The position numbers and the translations under genes were made by a program. From Limnothrix sp. BL-A-16 (lineage in GTDB: Bacteria; Cyanobacteriota; Cyanobacteriia; CACIAM-69d), in NCBI GenBank assembly GCA_041937175.2, contig CP166615.1, positions 3,520,001 to 3,584,000 of the forward strand: a stretch of DNA of 64,000 bases. Direction: 5' to 3'. The notes beneath the pieces were generated by a model. It did no database searches and was not told the DNA's origin. It worked only from the letters and a program-made list of their open reading frames with translations. Every line of letters begins with the position of its first letter. Position 1 is the first letter of the stretch. This document shows positions 42,352 to 51,335 of this stretch, one piece after another.

Positions 42352-44853
42352 TTGAGGCTGAGTGATCCAGTGATTCATGATGTGGTTTCGGTAGAAGTGC
42401 TGACCGGCTATTGTCTGAAGCTGGGTTTCGATGACGGCGTGATCGGAATTGTCGATATTAGCCAGCAGGTTCGCTTTCAAGGTGTTTTTGCACCTTTGGC
42501 CGATCGGGCATTTTTTGAACAAGTAACAGTCAATGCCGACATTGGATCAATTGCTTGGCCCAATGGTGCTGATCTTGATCCGTTGGTGTTGTATGCCGCT
42601 GTCGCTAAAAATCAGACGCAAAATAATTACGGCTCCCACAACAAGAACTATCAAATTGAGTCGATCGGCGTTGCGAACTTTTTCGGCAATCCGATCGAGC
42701 AAGCCTTTGACCAGTCGGATTTGTTGCCGGGGCGATCGGAGGAGGAGATTGAGCGGACGGCGGAGTTGGTGCAGCTCGATCGGTGGCGGCAAGAGTCGGG
42801 CGATCGCTGGGCGGTGATTGTGGGGCCCGGCGGGGCGGGCAAAAGCACCCTGGCTGCTCAATGGTTCGATCGCGACCAGAAGTCTCAAGCATGGGCGGGG
42901 CGACTCTGGACGGATTTGGGGCGGGGGCCGAGCTTTGCGGAAGTGGCGCGGCGGGCGATCGTCCAGTTTGGCGCGGCCAGCCAGGAACAGGCGGAACGGC
43001 TGGAGGAGTCGGAATTATTGCGGCGGCTGTTGGTGACGTTGCAGCAAAGCCCCTGTCTGTGGGTGCTGGATAACCTGGAAACGGTGCTGGAGGCGCGGGA
43101 ACTGCCCGCAGACTATCGGGCGTTTTGGCGGCAGTGGCGATCGTCGTGCCGGGGGGCGGCGGGTTGGGTGTTGTTCACCAGTCGCGATTTACCGACGGAG
43201 ATGGCGGCGCAGCGGCTTGACCTGACGGAGGGCTTTACGCCTGAGCAGGGAGCCAATTTCTTGCAAAAGCGGGGAATTCGGGGCGCTGAGGCAGATTTGC
43301 AGGCGTTTTCCAGGCGGGTGCATGGCTACCCCTTGGTTTTGGGGTTGGCGGCGGGTTTTCTGTGGGCGCAGTTTGGCGACGATCCGCACCTGTCTAAGCT
43401 ACCGGCGGATTTCTTTGCGATCGCGGATCAACACCGGGACGATCCGCAAGCGACGCTGGAAACGGTGTTGCGGTGGAGTTTTGAGCGGTTGTCGCCGGAG
43501 TTGCGGGACTGGTTGGGGCGGCTCTGTGCGTTGCGGGTGGCGTTTGCCTTTGAAACGGAGGATGACCCGCAGCTATTGCAGACGTTGGTGGGGCGATCGT
43601 TCCTAATCCAAGACCAAGACTGCTTGCCGCCGACCAATCCCGATGCGCCGCGCCAATTTGTCTACCGTTGGCAACCGATCGTCCAGCAATTTGTGCAGCG
43701 CCAACAACCCGATCTGATTGAGGCCCATCGATTCGCGATCGCTCATCATGATCAGTGGTATGTAGACCACGACAAATGGCAAACCAAGGCTGATATCGAC
43801 AATTACATCGAAGATTGGTATCACGAGGGCGAACTGGCCAAGCTGACGGGCGATCGACAAGGAGAAGCCAAATCCCTGGGCAATCTGGGCCTTGCCTACG
43901 ATTCCCTCGGGCAAGTCCAGCGGGCGATCGACTTTCACGAGCAACACCGGGCGATCTCTCGCGAGATCGGCGATCGACAAGGAGAAGCCGCCTCCCTGGG
44001 CAATCTGGGCAATGCCTACCGTTCCCTCGGGCAATTCCAGCGGGCGATCGACTTGCACGAGCAATCCCTGGCGATCAAACGCGAGATCGGCGATCGCCAA
44101 GGAGAAGCCGCCTCCCTGGGCAATCTGGGCCTTGCCTACCGTTCCCTCGGGCAATTCCAGCGGGCGATCGACTTGCATGAACAATCCCTGGCGATCGCTC
44201 GCGAGATCGGCGATCGCCAAGGAGAAGCCGCCTCCCTGGGCAATCTGGGCGCTGCCTACCAGTCCCTCGGGCAAGTCCAGCGGGCGATCGACTTGCACGA
44301 GCAATCCCTGGCGATCAAACGCGAGATCGGCGATCGCCAAGGAGAAGCCGACTCCCTGGGTAATCTGGGTGTTGCCTACCATTCCCTCGGGCAATTCCAG
44401 CGGGCGATCGACTTTCACGAGCAATCCCTGGCAATCGAACGCGAGATCGGCGATCGCAAAGGAGAAGCCAGCTCCCTGGGCAATCTGGGCAATGCCTACT
44501 ATTCCCTCGGGCAATTTCAGCAGGCGATCAACTTGCATGAGCAACACCGGGCGATCTCTCGCGAGATCGGCGATCAACAGGGAGAAGCCAACTCGCTCAA
44601 TAACCGTGGCGTAGCGCTGGAAAAACTTGATCGCCTAGCAGAAGCCCAAGCAGACTTTGCAATGGCTCGGGATTTATTTCGCCAACTGGGTCAACATCAC
44701 TATGCCAAAATAGCTGAGCAAAATTATCAGCGAGTCACCCAAGCCCTGCAAACACCCCCACCCATCCCCACCGAAAAGCCCCGATCTCCCTGGTGGGTAC
44801 GACTGTGGCAAGCTTGGCGGCGCTGGCTCCGTCGCCTCTTCGACGGCCCGTAA
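42352..44853 (+). CDS. NLR-like STAND protein: DUF2442 + N/Q motif + NB-ARC + TPR repeats
   Basis: N-terminal LGFDDG...GVFAPL...IAWPNGADLDP (DUF2442); Walker A GPGGAGKS, Walker B WVLDNLE, FTSR, GYPL; 40-aa TPRs; start TTG 42352 or GTG 42369. Confidence 0.88.
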   Translation: MRLSDPVIHDVVSVEVLTGYCLKLGFDDGVIGIVDISQQVRFQGVFAPLADRAFFEQVTVNADIGSIAWPNGADLDPLVLYAAVAKNQTQNNYGSHNKNYQIESIGVANFFGNPIEQAFDQSDLLPGRSEEEIERTAELVQLDRWRQESGDRWAVIVGPGGAGKSTLAAQWFDRDQKSQAWAGRLWTDLGRGPSFAEVARRAIVQFGAASQEQAERLEESELLRRLLVTLQQSPCLWVLDNLETVLEARELPADYRAFWRQWRSSCRGAAGWVLFTSRDLPTEMAAQRLDLTEGFTPEQGANFLQKRGIRGAEADLQAFSRRVHGYPLVLGLAAGFLWAQFGDDPHLSKLPADFFAIADQHRDDPQATLETVLRWSFERLSPELRDWLGRLCALRVAFAFETEDDPQLLQTLVGRSFLIQDQDCLPPTNPDAPRQFVYRWQPIVQQFVQRQQPDLIEAHRFAIAHHDQWYVDHDKWQTKADIDNYIEDWYHEGELAKLTGDRQGEAKSLGNLGLAYDSLGQVQRAIDFHEQHRAISREIGDRQGEAASLGNLGNAYRSLGQFQRAIDLHEQSLAIKREIGDRQGEAASLGNLGLAYRSLGQFQRAIDLHEQSLAIAREIGDRQGEAASLGNLGAAYQSLGQVQRAIDLHEQSLAIKREIGDRQGEADSLGNLGVAYHSLGQFQRAIDFHEQSLAIEREIGDRKGEASSLGNLGNAYYSLGQFQQAINLHEQHRAISREIGDQQGEANSLNNRGVALEKLDRLAEAQADFAMARDLFRQLGQHHYAKIAEQNYQRVTQALQTPPPIPTEKPRSPWWVRLWQAWRRWLRRLFDGP
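43849..44600 (+). repeat. 120-bp tandem TPR-coding repeats (six full plus one partial)
   Basis: Units start at 43849, 43969, 44089, 44209, 44329, 44449 and 44569; near-identical DNA. Confidence 0.95.
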
Positions 44854-44890
44854 AATCCATCTTTTGGTTATTGGAAAACGGAGAATCGGC

Positions 44891-45145
44891 ATGAAAGCGA
44901 TCGCCCTAGCAGAAGTCCGCGCCAACTTTGAGCAATACCTTGACCTCGCCAAAACCCAACCGATCGCCATTGTCGATCAGGGAAAACCCGTTGGATTTTT
45001 GATTGGCTTACTCGACCCCGACAACTGGTGGGAAGAGTGCTTGCTACGACATCCCAAATTCTTGAGCCATGTGGCCGAACAACGCCGCCAACTGCGATCG
45101 GGCCAAGGCAAAACCCTCGAAGAAATTCGCGCACGTTACGAGTAG
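44891..45145 (+). CDS. Phd/YefM-like antitoxin
   Basis: MKAIALAEVRANFEQYLD...PIAIVDQGKPVGFL; ends TLEEIR. Confidence 0.8.
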   Translation: MKAIALAEVRANFEQYLDLAKTQPIAIVDQGKPVGFLIGLLDPDNWWEECLLRHPKFLSHVAEQRRQLRSGQGKTLEEIRARYE

Positions 45146-45408
45146 GGCGACGCTCCCTTGATTCCCAGCGATCCTTTCATGCCCTACGCGATCGCTGCAA
45201 TGTCGCGGCCCAACGAACTCGTGGGGATTATCGTCGATCGCGTGGCGGTTGCTGCGCGTGGGAGATGAGCAGTGGATTGTTGTTGCGAAGATGGCATTCT
45301 CCCACACACCCTACGCGATCGCTGCAATATCGCGGCCCCAAGCAATTTCAGTAGAGCAATGGTTAGAAATGGGGTAACAGCTACAATCGCCATAGAGGAG
45401 GTAAAGTC

Positions 45409-45636
45409 ATGCAAATTAAAGACTTAACGATCGAAGAATTCACAGACTTATTCAAAAGCTTGCTGCGGGAAACCATTCAAGAAGTCCTCGCAGAAATGCT
45501 CACAGATTCCGAAGCCGATTTGCCGCTCAAACCCGGACTGGCCGAAGCACTCCTGAAACAGCGCGATCAGCGGCAAGCAGGCCAAACAACACCCCTCAGC
45601 ACCGAACAAGTCATGGCCCGTTTAGGACTCGACTAG
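45409..45636 (+). CDS. putative antitoxin upstream of RelE
   Basis: MQIKDLTIEEF...LSTEQVMARLGLD; ends 2 bp before the toxin gene. Confidence 0.75.
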   Translation: MQIKDLTIEEFTDLFKSLLRETIQEVLAEMLTDSEADLPLKPGLAEALLKQRDQRQAGQTTPLSTEQVMARLGLD

Positions 45637-45638
45637 CC

Positions 45639-45902
45639 ATGAGTTATTCGGTTGAATACGACCCACAAGCCGTCATCGATCTTGAACAATTACCCAAAAC
45701 TATGCAGAAGCGAGTAATCAGCAAAATCCAATGGCTAGCTGATAACTTTGCCCAAATTCAACCCCTGCCCCTCTCTGCCAACCTCGCGGGTTTCTATAAG
45801 CTCCGAGTGGGTGACTATCGGATTATTTATGAAGTCGATCGCGTCATTCGAGTGATCACAGTCGATCGTATCGGCCACCGCCGCGACATTTATGAATCCT
45901 GA
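45639..45902 (+). CDS. RelE/ParE family toxin
   Basis: YKLRVGDYRIIY...IGHRRDIY. Confidence 0.92.
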   Translation: MSYSVEYDPQAVIDLEQLPKTMQKRVISKIQWLADNFAQIQPLPLSANLAGFYKLRVGDYRIIYEVDRVIRVITVDRIGHRRDIYES

Positions 45903-45993
45903 GCGATCGATAGGGTAAAACGCGCACCCGAAACCATCCATATCCCATCCAAAAGCGATCGCATCGCCTGGCTTCGGTACCTCTCCGGCAGCC

Positions 45994-46950
45994 CTACTGG
46001 CCGGATTCGTGGCGTTCGTAGGCGGTGACGATCCGTTGGACTAGCGGATGGCGCACCACATCGGCGCGGGTCAGTTCACAAAAGGCGATGCCCTCAACAT
46101 TTTTGAGGATCCGCTGGGCGATCGCCATGCCCGAGGTTTGGTGATCCGGCAAGTCGGTTTGGGTAATGTCGCCAGTCACGACCATGCGCGATCGAAACCC
46201 CAGCCGCGTCAACACCATCTTCATTTGGGCCGGCGTGGTGTTTTGGGCCTCATCCAAAATCACAAAGGCATTGTTTAGGGTGCGACCGCGCATATAAGCC
46301 AAGGGAGCCACTTCCACGATGCCCCGCTCCATCAGGTTGGCCACCTTTTCCGGGTCGATCAGTTCGTACAGCGCGTCGTAGAGGGGGCGCAGATACGGAT
46401 CAATTTTTTGTTGCAGGTCGCCGGGCAGGAACCCCAGCCGCTCACCGGCTTCCACGGCGGGACGGGTGAGGATCAGGCGCTCAAATTCGCCCGCGAGCAG
46501 CGCTTGCACAGCGATCAGAGCGGCGAGGAAGGTCTTGCCCGTGCCCGCCGGGCCGGTGCAGAAGATCAGGTCGTGATTGCGGATGGCTTTGATGTAGCGC
46601 TGTTGGCGAAAGGTTTTGGCGCGGATGTTGTCGCCGCGTCGGGTGCGGGCGATCGAGTCCTGGTGCAAATCCGCCAGCTCACCGAGCCGATCGGTTTCAA
46701 TCGCCCGTTTCGCCGTCAGCACATCCGCTTCATCAATCCGCTGGCCGGCGCTCCAATAGATTTCTAAGGCTTTGACGATTTGTTGGCACAGGGCGATCGC
46801 CTTGTCGGGCCCGGTAATCACCAGTTCTTGGCCGCGCATCACCAGGGTTGTGCCCGTGTGTTTGGCCAGGGCCTTGAGGGTTTCCTCGCGATGGCCCGCC
46901 AGGGTGACGGCGCTGGTGCTGTTGCCCAGGTCGATCGACAGGGGAGACAC
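45994..46950 (-). CDS. phoH: PhoH family ATPase
   Basis: GPAGTGKT, LTRPAVEAGE, AYMRGRT, DEAQN, VVRHPLV. Confidence 0.95.
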   Translation of the reverse strand: MSPLSIDLGNSTSAVTLAGHREETLKALAKHTGTTLVMRGQELVITGPDKAIALCQQIVKALEIYWSAGQRIDEADVLTAKRAIETDRLGELADLHQDSIARTRRGDNIRAKTFRQQRYIKAIRNHDLIFCTGPAGTGKTFLAALIAVQALLAGEFERLILTRPAVEAGERLGFLPGDLQQKIDPYLRPLYDALYELIDPEKVANLMERGIVEVAPLAYMRGRTLNNAFVILDEAQNTTPAQMKMVLTRLGFRSRMVVTGDITQTDLPDHQTSGMAIAQRILKNVEGIAFCELTRADVVRHPLVQRIVTAYERHESGQ

Positions 46951-46952
46951 CG

Positions 46953-47327
46953 CTACCGCCCTCGGTTGGGTCGATCGGGTCGCGATCGCCGCCGGTCACC
47001 CCCGCGATCGCCCCGGCCTCGACCGTTACCCTCTTCCGAGGGGCCATCGCCCAAGCTATAGCCGCCATACACATCCAGGAAGGCCGCCCGGCCTTCGTGG
47101 TGGGCCGCCAAGTCCAAAACCGTGCGAATTGATTGAATAGTTTTGCCGCTGCGCCCAAACACCCGTCCCCGATCGGCCGGGTCAAAGGCCACCCGCAGCC
47201 AAACATTGTTGCCCGTATGCTCGCAGTCAATCCGCAAAGCGTCGGGCACTTCCAGCAACGGTTCAATCAGGTATTGCACAAGCCCCTCGTAGTCGATCGA
47301 GGGGCTGGGATTCGTCGAAGTTGTCAA
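46953..47327 (-). CDS. KH-domain RNA-binding protein (KhpA-like)
   Basis: DRGRVFGRSGKTIQSIR; lies between rpsP and phoH. Confidence 0.85.
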   Translation of the reverse strand: MTTSTNPSPSIDYEGLVQYLIEPLLEVPDALRIDCEHTGNNVWLRVAFDPADRGRVFGRSGKTIQSIRTVLDLAAHHEGRAAFLDVYGGYSLGDGPSEEGNGRGRGDRGGDRRRSRPDRPNRGR

Positions 47328-47493
47328 GCGGAACTCCGGCTACTCGAAAATGATTAGGGGCAAAGCCACCGGGGCGATGAACGCGATTCAGTGGGGCGAT
47401 CGCCCGAGCCTTGCCAAACAACAGGAGCAGGCTGCCGGCCAGTCGGGAAGGGAGAGGAATCTCGACAGACCAGAAAACTGCACCCTCAACCCA

Positions 47494-47751
47494 CTAGGCG
47501 TTAGCGGCCTTCAGTTGCTCAAAAATGTTGGCCTTTTCAAAGATGCTGCGCACGGTGTCGGTGGGTTGAGCACCAGACTTCAGGCGCTCGATGATCCGAG
47601 GGACTTCCAGGCGCGTTTCGTTCGTGCGGGGATTATAGAAACCCAGTTCTTCCAGGGCGCGACCATCGCGGCGCGAGGTACTTTGCATCACCACGATGCG
47701 ATAGCTGACTTCGCGTTTTTTGCCAAGGCGCTTGAGGCGAATCTTAACCAT
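47494..47751 (-). CDS. rpsP: 30S ribosomal protein S16
   Basis: [11 protein letters not shown]...YRIVV...RRDG...GAQPTDTV. Confidence 0.98.
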   Translation of the reverse strand: MVKIRLKRLGKKREVSYRIVVMQSTSRRDGRALEELGFYNPRTNETRLEVPRIIERLKSGAQPTDTVRSIFEKANIFEQLKAANA

Positions 47752-48155
47752 GGGGGCTGTTGCAACCGAATCGAGTGTAACGACTGTCGTTTTTGGGAAT
47801 AAACGACAAAAGACAAAACTTGATTCTACGCGCTGAAGCCAGATCGAGGCTAGGGGGTGGCCAGGATTTTTTCAGCGATCGCGGCTGCGGGTCTCCCTAT
47901 AATCAAATGCGGCAATAAATTTTGCTCATTTGCGGCAATGAATTCGGTTCAGCCGTCGCGCAATGCAGCAGTCAATGATGGCAACCCATAACAGTCGCCA
48001 TCCGCCCATAGTTGCCTTACCCATGAGCGCCAATGGGTAACCACCAGCGCCACTGGTGAGGATCCACGCCGACCCACGGCCAGGCCCTGGCGACCATCCT
48101 GGCCCTTAGCATCCAACTTTTGAGATCACGCTACCCAAAATTTACGCAATCCCCT

Positions 48156-48860
48156 ATGAGCAGCGCCACCAGCAACAAGGGCAACGACAAAGCCATCGTC
48201 AAGGACTATTTCAACACCACCGGGTTCGATCGCTGGCGGCGCATCTATGGCGACGGCGACGTAAACAAGGTGCAACGCGACATCCGCGAAGGGCATCAAC
48301 GCACGGTGGATACGGTGGTCTATTGGCTGAAGCAAGGGAGCAAACTGGCGGGCCAAACCATCTGTGATGCCGGTTGCGGTGTGGGTTCCCTCAGTGTGCC
48401 GTTGGCGGAGTTGGGGGCGATCGTTTCGGGTAGTGACATTTCCGAGGCGATGATCGGTGAGGCCAAGGAGCGTGCGGCCAAGCTGAACCTGGGCGATCGC
48501 CTGAGTTTTGAGGTGAAGGATCTTGAGGCGATCGAGGGTTCCTACGACACCGTGATTTGTTTGGATGTGTTGATTCACTATCCCGACCAAGACATCGAAA
48601 AAATGATTGGGCATTTGGCCGGCCGTGCCCAGTCGAAGCTAATCCTCAGCTTTGCGCCCAAGAGTCCGGTTTATGTGCTGTTGAAAAAAATTGGCGAGCT
48701 GTTCCCCGGCCCCAGCAAAACCACGCGCGCCTATTTGCACCCGGTGCGGGATGTGGTGCGGATTTTGCGGGCCAATGGGTTTGAGGTTAATCGGCGGGAG
48801 TTCATTGGCTCCCAGTTCTATTTCTCGCAAATTCTAGAGGCTGTCCGCCCACAGGAATAG
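48156..48860 (+). CDS. chlM: Mg-protoporphyrin IX methyltransferase
   Basis: YFNTTGFDRWRRIYG, CDAGCGVG, CLDVLIHY, FPGPSKTTRAY. Confidence 0.95.
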   Translation: MSSATSNKGNDKAIVKDYFNTTGFDRWRRIYGDGDVNKVQRDIREGHQRTVDTVVYWLKQGSKLAGQTICDAGCGVGSLSVPLAELGAIVSGSDISEAMIGEAKERAAKLNLGDRLSFEVKDLEAIEGSYDTVICLDVLIHYPDQDIEKMIGHLAGRAQSKLILSFAPKSPVYVLLKKIGELFPGPSKTTRAYLHPVRDVVRILRANGFEVNRREFIGSQFYFSQILEAVRPQE

Positions 48861-49014
48861 ACGTGAGGATGTGATCAGTAGGCGTGATTGATCAGTGGAG
48901 TAACGGACAGTGCGGATCGATCGGGATGTGATTCACCATACATCCCACCCAGTGGCGTTCCAGCCGCTCAACCCCATCGACTACAACCCAGCAACCCGAT
49001 CGTAAATCGAAGTG

Positions 49015-49310
49015 GGGCAAGGGGCTGAGGGCTTGTCGTCCAATCGTCTGCAACCCTGATTTCAACCCGATAATCCCATGAGGGACAAGGGGCTGAGGGC
49101 TTGTTGTCCAATCGCCTGAACCCCTGATTTCAACCCGATAATCTCGTGAGGGACAAGGGGCTGAGGGATTGTTGTCCAATCGCCTGAACCCCTGGTTTCA
49201 ACCCGATAATCTCGTGAGGGACAAGGGGCTGAGGGCTTGTTGTCCAATCGCCTGAACCCCTGATTTCAACCCGATAATCCCATGAGGGACAAGGGGCTTA
49301 AGCCCCTTGT
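49015..49310. repeat. four tandem 68-bp repeats ending in the ACAAGGGGCTTAAGCCCCTTGT palindrome
   Basis: GGGGCT recurs at 49021, 49089, 49157, 49225 and 49293; no unique spacers. Confidence 0.92.
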
Positions 49311-50380
49311 TACAACGACCGTGAGTGACGACTGCGGGCATGGAAAATCAACCGTCTCTCACTGATTCCAAGTTGCAAACTTTTTGCCAAAAACTGATCA
49401 TTCATTCACAAAATGCTTCGTGACCCTTTTGGGTGGAAATTCCCTAGAAAAGCTTAAGAAAACCAAAACTTTTAACAGAGATAAACAGAATTGAAGTTTC
49501 ATCAAAAGTAGGTAAAACAATATTAAGTAGAACACCGATCCCAATCTTGATCAGATCCCAACATTGCATTGACCCAGATCACAGATTTTTAGCTGCACCT
49601 TTGCCATGACGACCCGATCGAGTCAGTCATAGTTGCCGTCTGAACAGTTGCAGGCCGCCGCTTCTCTTCAGGGAAGAGTTTGCCGAAATGTCGTCTGAGT
49701 TTTGAGTGGGACTCACTTGGTATCAGAGGTAACCAATTAGGGATCGCGCCATTCGGAGGAACCGATGTCTTTAAATTGAAAGGAATTGTTGCTAAATTCC
49801 CCCGATCCCCGATCGGCTATTCCATAATGCTAAGAACGAGAATGAATTAGCCCCTCGATTCCATGATTGGTTTTGATCACCCTTGTTCCCTGCTCTCAAA
49901 ACCAGTCGCATCGCCTCTGAAATTGCTTTTTAAGGCATTCCTCCGTTGAGGTTTATGGCCGGTTGGCCGCCGGCTATTCACTGAATTTGTTGAAGTTATT
50001 GACAGTGCTATCTGCAAGGTCGTGAGGAGTCGAAAACGACGGAAATGCTCGAGAACAGCCCTTTCAGTCCCCTACTGCTTGAATTGGACTAATTGAATTG
50101 GGCTAATGGATATCGCACTCAAATGGATTCCGTCGTTTTTTGAGTTTTCTTGGTTAACGGGATGACTCAGCTCATATCGGTGTTGTTTTTCGTTGTTTTT
50201 CGTTTCTGATCGCGTTTTTTTATCACTGGATGTGAAGGATCGATCGCCCAGATCCGGTGCTCCCGCCGCAAATGCTCCTTGCATTGAGGGGGCGATCGCA
50301 CCTTCAGCCCATCCGCCGTTTAGACAAGCCAGTCGATGCCTCGGTTTAGTTCCTCAAATTTTTGCCAGATGGTGACCACA

Positions 50381-50569
50381 ATGCTGACCGTAGAAACGAT
50401 TTACTGCCCCAACTGTGGTTCGCGTGCAGAGCGTCATCGAATTCGCACGAGCAACGTGATTCGGACTCAGTGCCATGCTTGTGACTACTTGATGGTGACC
50501 TGCTCGCTCACGGCTCGGGTGCTGGAAGCCTACGCGCCAGGCATCGCGATCGCCCAACGATCGGCTTGA
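50381..50569 (+). CDS. small cyanobacterial Zn-ribbon protein
   Basis: CPNCGSRAERH...TQCHACDYLMVTC...EAYAPG. Confidence 0.8.
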   Translation: MLTVETIYCPNCGSRAERHRIRTSNVIRTQCHACDYLMVTCSLTARVLEAYAPGIAIAQRSA

Positions 50570-50637
50570 GTTTTTGCCCAATTCATTCCAAAACTTGGTG
50601 AATTGGGCTTGTTAATTGGAAGGGTTAATCTAGCTCG

Positions 50638-51141
50638 TTAATCTAGTCGGCGGGTGTTGCCGCTGCGAACCCAGCCCTCGGGGCCGCTTTCGCCCAGGCG
50701 CACCCGCTGCCAACGTCGATCGGGACTGTCTCCCAAGACAATGACCCGATCGTTGTAGTCCACGCTGCCCAGCCTTGCGCCCGATCGATTGGGAGTCGAT
50801 CGCAACACCAGCCCGATCGGTTGGGTCACCCGGGCCCGATAGGCACCGGGAGGCAAGGGCGACGGCGGTGGCAAAACTGGGGCTGGGGAAACTGCGCTGC
50901 TGGGCGGTGGGGGCGGGGTCACCACCGCGCCGGGCTTGGGATCGTTGGCAAAGCTGGGGCGCGGCGGGGCCGTGGCAATTTGGGTGACGATGTAGCGAAC
51001 GGCAATCACCCCTCCGGCAGCCAAAAAGGCGATCGCGATCGCGATGCCACTAATGAGGCTGACCAGCCCGCGCAATAGTTTCCACAGCCAACGCACGATC
51101 GTTTGCGACTCCCGATGAGGATCAACCACCAACCTGTCCAA
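50638..51141 (-). CDS. membrane-anchored bacterial SH3-domain protein
   Basis: TM segment, Pro-rich linker, GLVLRSTP...WQRV...EGWVRSGN. Confidence 0.82.
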   Translation of the reverse strand: MDRLVVDPHRESQTIVRWLWKLLRGLVSLISGIAIAIAFLAAGGVIAVRYIVTQIATAPPRPSFANDPKPGAVVTPPPPPSSAVSPAPVLPPPSPLPPGAYRARVTQPIGLVLRSTPNRSGARLGSVDYNDRVIVLGDSPDRRWQRVRLGESGPEGWVRSGNTRRLD

Positions 51142-51335
51142 AATATTTTGCTAACCGATCTAGCCCAGAGATTTCGCCAGCCTAGCTAGCCAGAGATTTC
51201 GCCAGATATCTAGCCAGGATATCCTGCGATTCAGCCCGTATTTTCCCTTAGAACCTGTTCTGGTCAGGGCGAAAATTTGGCTAATGCGGCTCGTTCAGCC
51301 CATTCAGCCCGATCGATCCAGAATTAGCCCGAGAA

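Noticed and set aside
43603..44614. Long antisense (324 aa) and alternate-frame (240 aa) ORFs over the TPR array
   Set aside because: Shadow ORFs produced by stop-free 120-bp repeats.
49015..49310. Possible CRISPR array
   Set aside because: Whole 68-bp units repeat with no unique spacers, and there are no cas genes in the window.
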